A program made the translations under genes and the position numbers. Below the pieces are notes generated by a model, which was given only the letters and a program-made list of their open reading frames with translations, was not told where the DNA came from and made no database searches. A stretch of 64,000 bases of DNA from Utricularia gibba (taxonomy: Eukaryota > Plantae > Magnoliophyta). The first letter of the stretch is position 1; each line of letters opens with the position of its first letter. Shown here piece after piece: positions 1-11,906 of this stretch. The DNA is taken from the NCBI GenBank assembly GCA_002189035.1, contig NEEC01000009.1, positions 1,860,001-1,924,000 of the forward strand. Reading direction: 5' to 3'.

Positions 1-680
1 TTGTATAGCAGGCCCATACGCGTAACTGGACGGGCGAGTTCTTGAGAATCATGCCCAAGGCCGCGAATCTGACCTGCTCTCCTGCATCTCGACGACGACT
101 TGGGTCATTTTCTTTAGAATTTTGCAATAATTAATCCTTTCAGTTTTAGGATCTTTATGTAAATCAAAAACTGAATGCTATTAGTTCAACCACAAGCAGC
201 GAAACACCTTTTTAGGGTTTTATTCAAATTGTCGGGGAATTGTGCAGGGTTTTAGCCCTTAGTTAGGTTGAGGTTGCTGTAACCAAGAGTTGGCAAACTA
301 GGCCGAAATGGGGTTAATTTGAGGAAGTGATGAAGTGGATGATACTTCACGGTTTCAGCCTATCGTGCTCTCACTTCTCATACGCGGTGGAAAAGCTAAA
401 GTGGAGTTATTTTCAGCGGGCTTTCAATATCGGAGTCGTGGAGAGTTTGCTGCTGGTGCTTGTTGGTAAAGTTTGGATCTTGGTGAGTTTAATTACTGCG
501 GTGAAGAGAGCAAGCCCTGTGTTGCTTCTTTCCCGTTTTTTTCATTGGGGGTACATGAAGTGACTGGGGATGCTTTCTGTGATGTGTGCTCAGACGTGAC
601 AGATATTATGAATGCTACTGAGATACGTGGGTTAACATTCGATTGGTTGAGGTGATACTGCATGGTGGATTAGCTTTTCC

Positions 681-2348
681 ATGCGCCTCCCTCATGTGGT
701 AGAACAACTGTCATCGCCGATTCTATGCATTTTGAAAGCTTGCAGGACTGGAGGAGACCTTTTTCAAGTGCACTCCAATATAATACGCAGGGGCTGTGAA
801 CAAGATCATTTTTTGGTTGCCCAGTTCATTTCCTTGTGCGCCACTCTTCTGCCAGCAAATTTTTTGTACATCACCAGTGTTTTCAACTCAGTTAGTGAGC
901 CAAACATTTACCTATATAACATTATGATGAAAATGTGTTGTGAGAGCTCTTCGCTTGATGATTGCTTCTTGTTATTTAGAAGAATGAGACAAAGACCGTG
1001 TGTTCTTCCTGATAAATATACTTTTCCTTCATTCATCAAAGCTTGTGGTAGTGCTGCAGCTTTGAGTGGAGGAAGGATCGTTCATGCGTCAGCCATCAGG
1101 TGTGGAGTTGATACAGATGTGTTTGTGGGATCCAGTTTGATTGATTTCTATGGAAAGTGCAGGGAGACAGATTGTGCACGCAAGGCTTTTGATGAAATGC
1201 ACATAAAAAATGAGGTGTCTTGGACGGCTTTAATGGTAGCATACATATATTCAAGTGATATGGCTGCTGCGATGTGCTTGTTCAATCAAATGCCCCAAAA
1301 GAATCTGGTAACTTGGAATGCAATGATAACAGCATTCATGAAGTTGGGTGATTTGAAGAATGCTCGGAGAGTTTTTGATTTGATGCCACTAAGAGATGAG
1401 GTTTCATATACCGCATTACTCGACGGCTATGGTAAAGCAGGGGATATGGCAGCTGCGAGGTCATTTTTTGATGAGTTGCCCCAGAAGGATTTGGTTTCAT
1501 GGTCCGCCTTGATCTCAGGATATGTACAAAACGGGTACCCATATGAGGCTCTGAAAGTTTATAATGAAATGCGTATGCTGAATGTGAGGCCTGATGAAAT
1601 GGTCATGGTAAGCTTGATGTCTGCTTGTTCCCAAATCGGGTCCCTGGAGCTAGCACAACAGATGGAGTCACATATGCGTGAGGAGTCACTTTATTCAAAA
1701 GGTGCATACTTTGCTGCTGCACTAGTTGATATGAATGCAAAATGTGGGAATATGGAGCGGGCAAGTCTGCTCTTTCAGAGGATGGCTAAACAAGATTTGA
1801 TTTCATATTGCTCAATGATGCAGGGTTTATGCATTCATGGGCGTGTATCTGAAGCACTTGCCCTCTTTGACAGAATGGTCGATGTAGGCATACGCCCGGA
1901 TACCGTAGCCTTCACAGTTGCCTTAACAGCATGTAGTCATGCTGGTCTTGTGAACACAGGATTGCGACTGTTTGACTTAATGACTCAAACATACTCCATT
2001 GTTCCATCTCCAGATCATTACGCATGTATGGTGAACATTCTTGGTAAATCCGGGAAGCTAAAGGCTGCTTATGAGCTTATTATCCACTCGATGTCTGTGG
2101 AACTGCATGCTAGTGCTTGGGGTGCCCTTCTCCGTGCCTGCAAGCTGCACGGGGATGTAGATTTAGGTGAGGAGATTGCTCTCAAACTTTTCCAGATCGA
2201 ACCTCAGAACGCTGGTAATTATGTGCTTTTGTCCAACATCTATGCTGAAGTAGATAGATGGTTGAATGTGTTTCAACTGAGAGACAGAATGAGTGAAAAG
2301 GGAATAAGAAAAGTCCCTGGTGTCACTTATTTAGAGACTGGAGCTTGA
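681..2348 (+). CDS. Pentatricopeptide repeat protein, PLS class with C-terminal E domain and no DYW; intronless; candidate organellar RNA editing factor
   Basis: 555-aa single ORF with tandem PPR motifs (e.g. NEVSWTALMVAY, DLVSWSALISGYVQNG, DLISYCSMMQG). E-domain signature WGALLRACKLHG...NAGNYVLLSNIYA...KGIRKVPG at the C-terminus. Confidence 0.95.
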   Translation: MRLPHVVEQLSSPILCILKACRTGGDLFQVHSNIIRRGCEQDHFLVAQFISLCATLLPANFLYITSVFNSVSEPNIYLYNIMMKMCCESSSLDDCFLLFRRMRQRPCVLPDKYTFPSFIKACGSAAALSGGRIVHASAIRCGVDTDVFVGSSLIDFYGKCRETDCARKAFDEMHIKNEVSWTALMVAYIYSSDMAAAMCLFNQMPQKNLVTWNAMITAFMKLGDLKNARRVFDLMPLRDEVSYTALLDGYGKAGDMAAARSFFDELPQKDLVSWSALISGYVQNGYPYEALKVYNEMRMLNVRPDEMVMVSLMSACSQIGSLELAQQMESHMREESLYSKGAYFAAALVDMNAKCGNMERASLLFQRMAKQDLISYCSMMQGLCIHGRVSEALALFDRMVDVGIRPDTVAFTVALTACSHAGLVNTGLRLFDLMTQTYSIVPSPDHYACMVNILGKSGKLKAAYELIIHSMSVELHASAWGALLRACKLHGDVDLGEEIALKLFQIEPQNAGNYVLLSNIYAEVDRWLNVFQLRDRMSEKGIRKVPGVTYLETGA

Positions 2349-3187
2349 CATGCTTTCATCCTTCATGTACCATATTTCGGTTTCTCTGAGAGTTTGTTTC
2401 CATCTCCTAGAAATGTTAATATTTTACTACAGCACTCAGAGAAACAGAGATTGATGGAAATCCTCATTTGGGGTGGGATCAAAGAGTAGTTTTTGTTCGA
2501 TGTTGAGTACTAGTCTGTTGTTGGACACAAAGAACATAACTTTTGAACGGATTTCTTGTTGGTGGATGTATCCCTTAGCTCTGGAACCCAAAAGCCAGTC
2601 CGGCGGTCTCCCTTACAGTACGCATGCACCGCCGCATCGGCCGCCCTCTCGATCTTTTCCGGCGAAGAAGCCGACCGACTTTAGGATTCCTAGTCTCTCC
2701 TCCACTCCCACGAATAATAACATGAAGTGTTGGGTGCCTGCAATCAGTGTATTTATTTATCTTAAAAAAAGTTATTTATGTATAACGTGGGTTGAGAAAA
2801 AAAGGTTAATTATAAAATAAAATATGTATTTCTTTGAATTAAAAACGAAATAATCAATATTTTTATATCAAAAGATCAAGGGACACACTTCCGATTTGAA
2901 CCCTCGCTGTGACAGCAATAGCGCCGCCGTCTTGCTGCCTCTGTTGACGGCGTGAGGCGGGAGACATTTTCTTCTCTTCCGCTCTCTCTCACGAGAAGGT
3001 TGTTCGTTTTTTGTGTTGGCCTACGATGCGCCGACTTGCGGCGTCATAAAATCGATTTCCGAATCGCTTTCCAAGCGCTCTCCTTTTCCACTGTTGGTTG
3101 CTTATTCTTGATTATCTTTTTCTTGTTCTTCAGGTTTCTTTTCACTTGGTAATCAAGAACAGGAGAGCTGCTGAGAGAGAACGAGCC

Positions 3188-5894
3188 ATGGGGGTGAAAG
3201 CAGAAACCGTCCGCCCTGCGGTGCTTAAGGTAAGACTTTAAGACCATTTTTTAAGAAAGAGGTTTTTTTTGTTGGCAAGGGGAAGCCGACTCTTTACAAA
3301 AATGGATTATAGCCGAGCGATCCTGAGGAGGAGATGAAGGTTAGCAAGTACCTGAGAGGTGAAGCTGCTGACCTAGGGGTAATTGTTGTTCAATGCTGTT
3401 ACTGAATCATTGTTCCCGGGCTTCCTTCTCTGAGGTGCTTATTTCTCTTAAATGTTTCTCCTCATTTCAGGCATTGAAGGACAAAAAATTGAAGGGTCAG
3501 CTTGCAGTTAGGGAAGAGTTATATGGAAAATCTGCAGTGGCTGCTGCTAAGGCCGAGAAGGTGATTTCCTGTTTTTTATGCTTGCTGTTTTTGTTTTTCT
3601 GTTGTATTCTTATCTATATAATATATGTGGCGTGTAATATCTTTCACAATTCATAGTTAACTAATGTTAAGCCTTTTTACTTCTGTAGTGGCTTATGCCA
3701 AGTGAAGCTGGATTCTTGGAGACGGAGGGTTTAGAGAAGACATGGCGCATCAAACAAGAGGCAATTGCTGGTGAAGTGGGTATCAAGAATTGGAGAGAAC
3801 AATACGACATTGTCTTGCCAGGTTCAGTCATGAGCTTTTGTTGTTATTTGACAGTAGTTTATTTTGTTCGCGTGAAAATGGCTCTTATTCTGTTCTTTTT
3901 TCAATTGGACTCATGAGTTAATAATGTCAGGCAGCAAATAGGTATATATTTTCCTGTTCTTGAATACCCCATGAACTCCAAAAGTGTCTTCTATGAAGAC
4001 GTTTCTGCATGAATCCAGACGCTTCTACTGCCAATCTCCATATTGGTCTTCAGTATATTAGGCCTTTTTAACTAAAATGTTAAATGCACGCCTACAGATC
4101 TTGGTCCCTACACCCTGGACTTTGACATGAGTGGCCGATATATGGCAGTTGCTGGAAGAAAAGGTCATCTTGCCCTGATGGATGCAGAAAAGCTGAAACT
4201 TATTTGCGAAGTTCAGGTGCTAAAAGTTTTTTAGGTTAGCCTGGGAAAGTAAAATTTCCCTTGTGCTAGATGAACTGATTTTCTTTTCTTAACGATTCTG
4301 AGCATTATTGGATGTGGATATCTATGTCTTTTTTAGGTCAGGGAAACTGTACGTGATGCCATACTTCTACACAATTTGAATTTTTTCGCTGCTGCTCAAA
4401 AGAAGTAATCTTTATACATCAGCATGAATTATGGTCGTTATCTTCTTGTGTAGCACTCAATTGAGCTTTTCTCAATATGTTGCAGGTATGTATACATGTA
4501 TGACAAGAGTGGCAAGGAAGTACACTGTTTAAAGGTTAGCAGTTTCTAGTCTTACTGCTTCAATTTACACGTTTTATGAGCAATACACGAATCAAGTTAT
4601 TCTATTTCGAAGTTGATATGTTTAGGCCATCATTCTAGACCATAGAAATCCATCATATTGCGAGTACATTTTCTTCAAGGGTGCCATTTTGATTTCTAGT
4701 TATCTACTTTTGCTGACTGTTTGAGGGCAGGCCTGCAAAGCCCACATAAAACTGTTTGTAGGAGTAACCAATGCTATCCTGCACAACTGAAGAGGAGCAT
4801 GCTTTTGATTGTCTGCTGGTTGATCAAGTTTAATTTTGACAGTTTTTTTTTTCACCTTTCACCAGGAACATGGTGCTGCTGTGAAGCTTCAATTTCTTCA
4901 TAGGCATTTTTTACTATCATCCATAAACAAATTCGGCCAGCTTCATTACCAGGACATTACAACAGGGCAAATGGTAGCCAATTTTCGAACAGGGTTGGGC
5001 CGCTGTGCGGCAATGAATGTCAATCGCTACAATAATGTGGTAGCTGTTGGTCATTCTGGTGGTGTAGTAAGTATGTGGAAGCCTACAAGTTCCGCACCTC
5101 TCGTGAAGATGCTGTGTCACAAAGGGCCAATCAAGGCTCTATCATTCCACCAGAATGGCCATCTCATGGCTACTGCAGGAATAGAAAGGAAGATCAAACT
5201 TTGGGATCTGAGAAAGTTTGAGGTTCTACATGAGATGCCAGGCCAAGTTGAGGTCATGGACTTCAGCCAGAAAGGGTTGCTTGCAACCGGCAACGGATCC
5301 TTTGTTGGAATATATGGCGATTCATCAGGTTCTCAAAGATACAGAAGATACATGACACATTCCATGGCCAAAGGTTACCAAATCCGGTCAGTTTGCTTCA
5401 GGCCATATCTTGATTCTCTGGCTATTGGACATTCACAAGGATTTTCTTCCATATTGGTCCCTGGATCCGGAGAACCCAACTTTGATTCCATGGTTGCAAA
5501 TCCTTACGAAACACTGAAGCAGAGAAATGAGCATGAAGTGCACTCTCTTCTTGATAAGTTGCCCCCAGAGACCATCATGCTGGACCCGTCCAAGATCGGA
5601 ACTGTGCGGGCAACAGGGAAGACACCAAAGCTGAGCAAAGAAATAGATGATGAGCAGGATGCAGCTGTGCAAGAAGCCAAGAACGCTTCTTTGAAGAAGA
5701 AAACGAAAGGCAGGAGCAAGCCAAGCAAAGTAGCGAAAAAGAAACGAGAGAAGGTGGAAAATGCCAAGAAACCATTCCTGGAGCACAAGGCCAAAGAGGA
5801 AGAAACCTTGCGGAAGAAGAGGAAGAGGAGCTCAGAGGAGGCCCCTTTACCAGTTTCTCTACAGCGGTTTGCCAGAAAGCCTCTTGTCTCATGA
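3188..5894 (+). CDS. UTP7: U3 snoRNP / SSU processome WD40 protein UTP7 (WDR46/BING4 family), multi-exon
   Basis: Spliced by eye through canonical GT-AG introns: MGVKAETVRPAVLK|PSDPEEEMKVSKYLRGE|ALKDKKLKGQL...|WLMPSEAGFLE...|LGPYTLDFDMSGRYMAVAGRKGHLAL. Final 1 kb exon carries the BING4 C-terminal motif LVPGSGEPNFDS...ANPYET.KQRNEHEVHSLLDKLPPETI. Confidence 0.92.
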
Positions 5895-6340
5895 CAATCA
5901 TCCTCATGCTTTTAGTTTCACTAATACTATATTTTATTTTATTCATATTTTCTTACAAAAAATTAAGAAAATTTTGCCCTGAATTCTGAATTGTCCCAAT
6001 ATTGTGTTTGCTGCAAGTTTTTGGTGTTTGTCATTCGTTTTTCATTTTCCCAATTTTTTTCCGAAATTCAAAAAACTTCATATTTGATCCTGAAATCAAA
6101 ATTTCGATCAAGTTTTGAAAATATTTTATTTCAAAAAACAATTGAAAATTTTCGAACAGAGCCGGGCCGATAGCCCAATTAAAAGCAGGATATAGTGTAG
6201 TCATCGCGGTTGGGTGCGCCACGGTTAAAAATTTCAGCGGTGACCGAACACAAAGCCGGCGCGATCCTTAAAACCCTGAATTCCCAAATTTAGCAGCCGG
6301 GCAGGGGGGAAGAGATTTCTTGTTACTCTGGGGGAAGATA

Positions 6341-7555
6341 ATGGTATCCCGCAGCAGCAAGGAGCTGTTGGAGCTGGAAGCAGACGGAGGCAATGGCTCC
6401 GCCGCCTCTCGTTTAGGTGCAATCTTGTTTTGCGTTTTTGTATTTTGCATTGCCATGAGTTTCTTGTCACGAGAGGATTAATGTGTGTTCTCTTGTTTTT
6501 TAGAATCAAAGCTATTGCTTTTCAAGGACAGGAATGTCGGTTGTTCTTCTGCGGTGCCTGGTGTTAAGCCGACATCGTTTCATGTTCCAAAGAGTCGAGG
6601 TAATGTTTTCTTAGCGTCAAAGTCTTTTTTTCCCGAAAAATGTGGGGATGATGTTTTCCGGTGATCCTGTAAACTGTGCCATGCCCTTGACTGGAGGAGC
6701 TCTTTGAGCATATCATGATTCACTGTTGATGCAAGATGTTTAAAATAAAATACAAACTAAGGAGAGAAAAGAGAGTGTAAATTTTGTGTTATGATATTCG
6801 CGAATAGGTATACATAATAGAGTAATTGAGGTATAACAGGTTTGAAGGCCACAGGGGTAGGAGGGATTGCGATCACCATGAACATCATAATGGCATTTTA
6901 GTATTTGATTTTTTTATACAACTGAACTGGAGAAAATTTTTGCCACTTGAATGGCCAGCTTATTTGGCTGAATTCATTTGCAGTATTGGGCCAAGTGAAG
7001 GACTTTCTTGGTGTTATATCAGAATCAAACAAAAAACTCCAACAAGATGCTAAGGTTTGGCTGCGCAACTTGCTTATCTAGGATTTTTGACCCACAATTT
7101 CAGGTTGTTCATCTTATCCTGAAACTCGATGCAGGAAAATCCGGATAATTATGATATTGAAGTCCTTAGTGCACCTGAATCTGAATACATAGAAATGGTA
7201 ATTCTTCGATCCTGATTTTCCATTGAAAGGCATCCTTGGTCTCATTTGGATATTCTTGTGGAAGGATCTGATGCTAGGTATTGCTGATCTTCACACTCCT
7301 GAAGCTGTAGCTGCAGCAGAGGCTGCGTTAGCTGGTCGTTCACTGGCTGGTGCTCATTACAAGTCCAGCAGTGATTCAGACTCAGAAGATCAAGGTAGCT
7401 GTGATGAAGGTGATTCAGAAACCGAAGGCAAGATGAAAGAAAACAGTAAGCCTGACTTGAAGCCTACCGGAAGGTCAAAAACAGACGATGTTGGATGTGA
7501 TGGCATGGGGCACAAGAAGCGAAAACGTTGCCCAAATATTGTTGAGCTCTCTTAG
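6341..7555 (+). CDS. NOPCHAP1: NOPCHAP1/C12orf45-like protein (DUF4598 type), 5 coding exons
   Basis: Reconstructed in frame: MVSRSSKELLELEADGGNGSAASRL|ESKLLLFKDRNV...VPKSR|VLGQVKDFLGVISESNKKLQQDAK|ENPDNYDIEVLSAPESEYIEM|DLMLGIADLHTPEAVAAAEAAL...KKRKRCPNIVELS*. The FL..I..SN..L...DIE...YIEMDL.LG pattern matches my memory of this family. The symbol is inferred. Confidence 0.75.
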
Positions 7556-8270
7556 CTTGGATTAAAGCCATGGAACAGGCAAGGGACAATGGATGGACTA
7601 TGTAAAAGCACTACCTGAGGATGCAGTGTTTGTTTTTCCAAGGGACAATGCCTAAAAGTTTCACGTCATGGCGTTTGTCTCAGGGACTTGCTGCTCTATC
7701 TTAGCCCTTAGGTAAGTTTTTAAAAACACATGTTTTGGAAGAATTTATCCCTTTTTTCTATGGAATTTTGATTGCCTTCTCCCCCATCCATATTTTCCGT
7801 TCTCTACATGGTTTTGGGATGAATTGCAACTCACTGTTCGTTTGCCGGAACATGTTTTGTTGCATGGGTTCCACAGTTCTTCAGTAATATATCCGCAATC
7901 CTTGCAATGCTTACCCATCGGCGCAGAGGACCAAGTCGCCTAGATCGAAATCCGACAAAAAGTCTGCATCTTCCTCCCCAACACAGGGCGCCGTACAGCT
8001 TCGTCAACCCCCATTCTGGTAACGATGCAGAGGGATGCTCCATTGCTTGCCTTCTCCGGTGCTTCAAGGGCGGGAAAGGAGAAGAGGTCATCACGTGAGG
8101 GCAAAAAAGTAATAAAAAATCATCAAAATTTTCAATTAAATTAAATTAAAAACATGATTTTTCTAAAATTTATGAATATTTAAAAATATATTTTTGTATA
8201 TATATATTTTTTTAAACGAAGTTTTGTTGAGGGGCGTGCCGAGGCTCGATCGAGGGGTGATTTCAGGAAG

Positions 8271-11241
8271 ATGCTGTTTCAGGTGGGAGGACATGGGACG
8301 CGGCCGACGTTCTTCGAGATGGCCGCCGCCCAGCAGTTACCTACCAGTTTGAGGGCTGCTCTCAGTTACTCACTCGGCGTATGTATCCCTTCGAAATCGC
8401 TTTACGGTTAGATTCGAATCAGCGAGCATCAAGTACCCCACATATTTTCTATATTCAGATTTTACGCTGGTGTTTAGTTTGCATTCATGAGTTTTTTACT
8501 GCATTTTTTAGCCTCTAACTGGAAGATTCGAGTTAGGCCAGTGCCTGAAAATTGCTGGCTCTGTTGATTTTGCTATTTGATAATGAAAGAATCATCCGAT
8601 GCTTTGTTTGTATTTGACTATTTTTAACGGTGGATAATATGCTGCCGTATATGAAGTTAATGGATGTTCTTTGCAGGTGCTTGCATTGCGAAGGCCATTT
8701 ATTCATAAGATTCTGGATTATGAAGATGAGTTTTTTGCACTGCTCATGCTTGTTCTTGAAACCCATAGTTTGCGAACCACAGGTTGTGTTTCAGGATAAC
8801 CTCACTTTTTTTTTTTTTTGTTTCTGAATTCGAACCCATCTGATGTAATTATGCTGTAGTTTATTTGGAGAGGGCCAATAGTATATTAGGCAACTGAATG
8901 AAAAATTTACTGAGACAATGCTTATTGGCCAGTATACTGATTGCTGATCTGTTGCTGCATGGTTTTAGCAGATGCTTCTTTTGCTGAGTCTTTGTATGGC
9001 TTACGGAGAAGAGGGGTTAAATTCAAAGTGAAGAAAAGAACCCCGTTGACTGACTCAGTTGATGATATACACCACACTGGGTTGCAAAGAAGGCAAAAAG
9101 TTCTCTCTGTTGCATTTCTGGTAGATCATTCCTCTAATGATTATCTCGATGCATCTTTTAGAGCACTACTTGCTATTGCTCGCTTATTTTAAAATGTAAA
9201 CAAGTCATCATTTGAGGCAGTTCTGGGCTCATGGAAATTTATTTAACTGGAAGAGGCATTGATGAATAATCTGGCATTTCACAGGTTTTATTGCCTTACC
9301 TGAAGTCTAAATTGCAAACAATTTACAATAAAGAAAGAGAAACTACTCTTCAGGCAAGTCTATGGGGAGATATTGATGATAGGCTTGATGAAGCAGATGT
9401 TTCTCTCAGCGAAAATAATTCCTTTGCTTCAAGAATCAACATGCCAGGTGGTGATAACTCTCTCAGCGCTATTTTGCTGAAGAGGCTCAGAAAGACTGTT
9501 GCTGCGTGCTACCCTTGGCTCCATGCGGGAAATGAAGGTGGGTACCTTTTTATTCCATAAATGATTTTGTGTCTGACTAAACATCATTTTTGTATAATAT
9601 ATTAAGGAAATGTTAGTCTGCTCTATGAATTTTTTTCACCGATCCTTGGTGAGCATAAGGCTCATGTCAAGCTTCTCCACGTGAAACCCCTGCCGTTCTT
9701 GTATTCAGGACTATCATTTGCGTACCAGCTTCTGTATTTGTTGGATGCAACTGGGTTCTACTCCTTAGGATTACATGCACTTGGCATACATGTTTGCAGA
9801 GCAACTGGGCAAGAACTGGTACTTTCTGAACTAAATATGGATCTCAAACTCTCTAAACATGCATTTATTTATGAAGCTCATGTTTCAAAATCATAATAAT
9901 GTTGTCTGATGTCATATGAGTTCATGACATGTGCAAATGTTCATTGTATGTTACTTCTGTGTGGTTGATTGGGATGGATCATTTGAATTCATGACAATAC
10001 AACTGTTTGGGACATTGAAATAAATAATAATAAATGATATTTGTTTGTTCTCTTGCTTGTGTGTGGTCCTAGGACCGAAATTTAGTAAGTGTTCCACATC
10101 ACATATACAAAAGTTACTGCTTCAGCTATCACATTATGAGTTATCTGTCATTCTCTTTACTTTATAAGAACTCAGTTTTGAACAGCAAATCTTCAGATTG
10201 GTATGTTGATGAGAACTTATGTAGTTAAAATTTATGACATAGGTTGAATAACTTGAAGTTTCAATATATCAGGATTGTAAATTGGAAACTTATTTAGAGA
10301 TTCCCATTCATAGTCACGCCTTGCATTCTTGTCATGATAGATGGATTCTTCTTCAAGAATTTCTAAAATACGTAGCCGTGAACGTGAAAGACTTCGAGGA
10401 TCTCCTTGGATGAAGGTATTTATGTGTTGCTATCTGAGTCACTTTCTATCAATAAACTGAAACATAGCTGTGCAAACTGAGCCTCCTTCTTTCAACTGGA
10501 CTAACAAGGAATTTCGATGTTCTTACATTGTTATTTTTTTTTTAATCATCAAACAAACACCTTCTATCTCTTGGTCGTGTATGTTTATCCGAATGGTGTT
10601 TCAGGCATTACAAGGCGGTTTGCTTACATGTGCGTATGCTATTCTTGACTATGCTCAGACTGGTCTAATTGCAGCTGTGTTTTTCTTCAAAGTGAGTTTT
10701 CAGTACTCTAGCAGTGCTTTCCACTTTCTTTTTCCCTCTCACCATACCAGAAACATTAAAAATTGTATCTTCATTTTTTGGTACGTAGATGATGGAATGG
10801 TGGTATCAGTCAGCAGAGGAAAGGATGTCAGCTCCAACCGTATATCCACCTCCACCTCCACCTCCTCCTCCCAAGGTTTGCTGCTCTTTGTTCTTCCTTC
10901 TTCTGCTGTATCCTGCAATTAATTATTCCTGTATGGCAATTATCCCATAGGTTGCCAAGGACGGTATCCCCCTACCTTCAGATAAAACACTATGCCCCTT
11001 GTGTGTCCAGAAGCGCGTCAATCCATCAGTCATGGCTGTCTCTGGATTCGTTTTTTGCTACACCTGCATATTCAAGTACACCAACCAGGTAGGTCAGCCA
11101 ATCTTCATTATTTGCAGTCGCACCACAACACTGTCATCTCGAGTTGCTTCCTCTTCTTCCCAACCACAGTACAAGCGGTGCCCGGTCACGCTGATGCCTG
11201 CCACTGTAGACCAAATCAGGAGGCTTTTCCAAGACATGTGA
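8271..11241 (+). CDS. PEX12: Peroxin 12, peroxisomal RING protein, multi-exon
   Basis: N-terminus MLFQVGGHGTRPTFFEMAAAQQLPTSLRAALSYSLG. Internal exons VLALRRPFIHKILDYEDEFFALLMLVLETHSLRTT|DASFAESLYGLRR and MMEWWYQSAEERMSAPTVYPPPPPPPPPK. C-terminal RING LCPLCVQKRVNPS...GFVFCYTCIFKY|YKRCPVTLMPATVDQIRRLFQDM*. Confidence 0.96.
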
Positions 11242-11906
11242 GATACATCCAAGAAGAAATGGGAAGCAACCCCAGTTGGGGATTTGTTCAGGGGCGAGGG
11301 TTTCTCACCTTCTGAGCTCACACGAGATTGCGCAAGGATCCAGAACCAAAAAGAATGCGAATCACTTTAGACCCAGTCGCAAATGATGTATTTATTCTTT
11401 TACATGGTAATTGATTTAGGATTTTAGTTATATAGTTTAAAATAAAATGTATTATATGATTTTAGATTTAGAAGGTGTTTGATATATAGGTTTAGATATT
11501 CTATATTTTATAATAATGAAGCGAATTAATAATAAGTTTAATATAAAATATGTTATTTATTTACAAAAATGAAATTAATACAATTGAATAGAAAAGAAAT
11601 ATTTTAATTATTTATATTAATAATACCATATATTAATTATGATTGAGAACATACGTCCAGGGGGTTGAAGCCAAGCTGGGTGTGGGTGACCTGCATTTTG
11701 GGAGGGGCGGCTTTCTTCTTAATGATTCGATCTGCTGCTTAACTACCTCCGCACAACAGCCAACAGCTGCTCCTAACTGCGGTTCGTTTTTTTCATAAAT
11801 AGGGAGCCAGGCGGCGCAGGGTGAGAGGTCTTGTAGCTCGGAGCTTGCTGGCATTCCCCATCGCGGAAGATTCCTCGGCGGAGAACCCAAGGCGAAGCCG
11901 GCGAGG

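Noticed and set aside
327-655. ORFs 327-563 and 473-655 as separate genes
   Set aside because: No recognisable similarity; they lie in the PPR leader/promoter and at most are uORFs.
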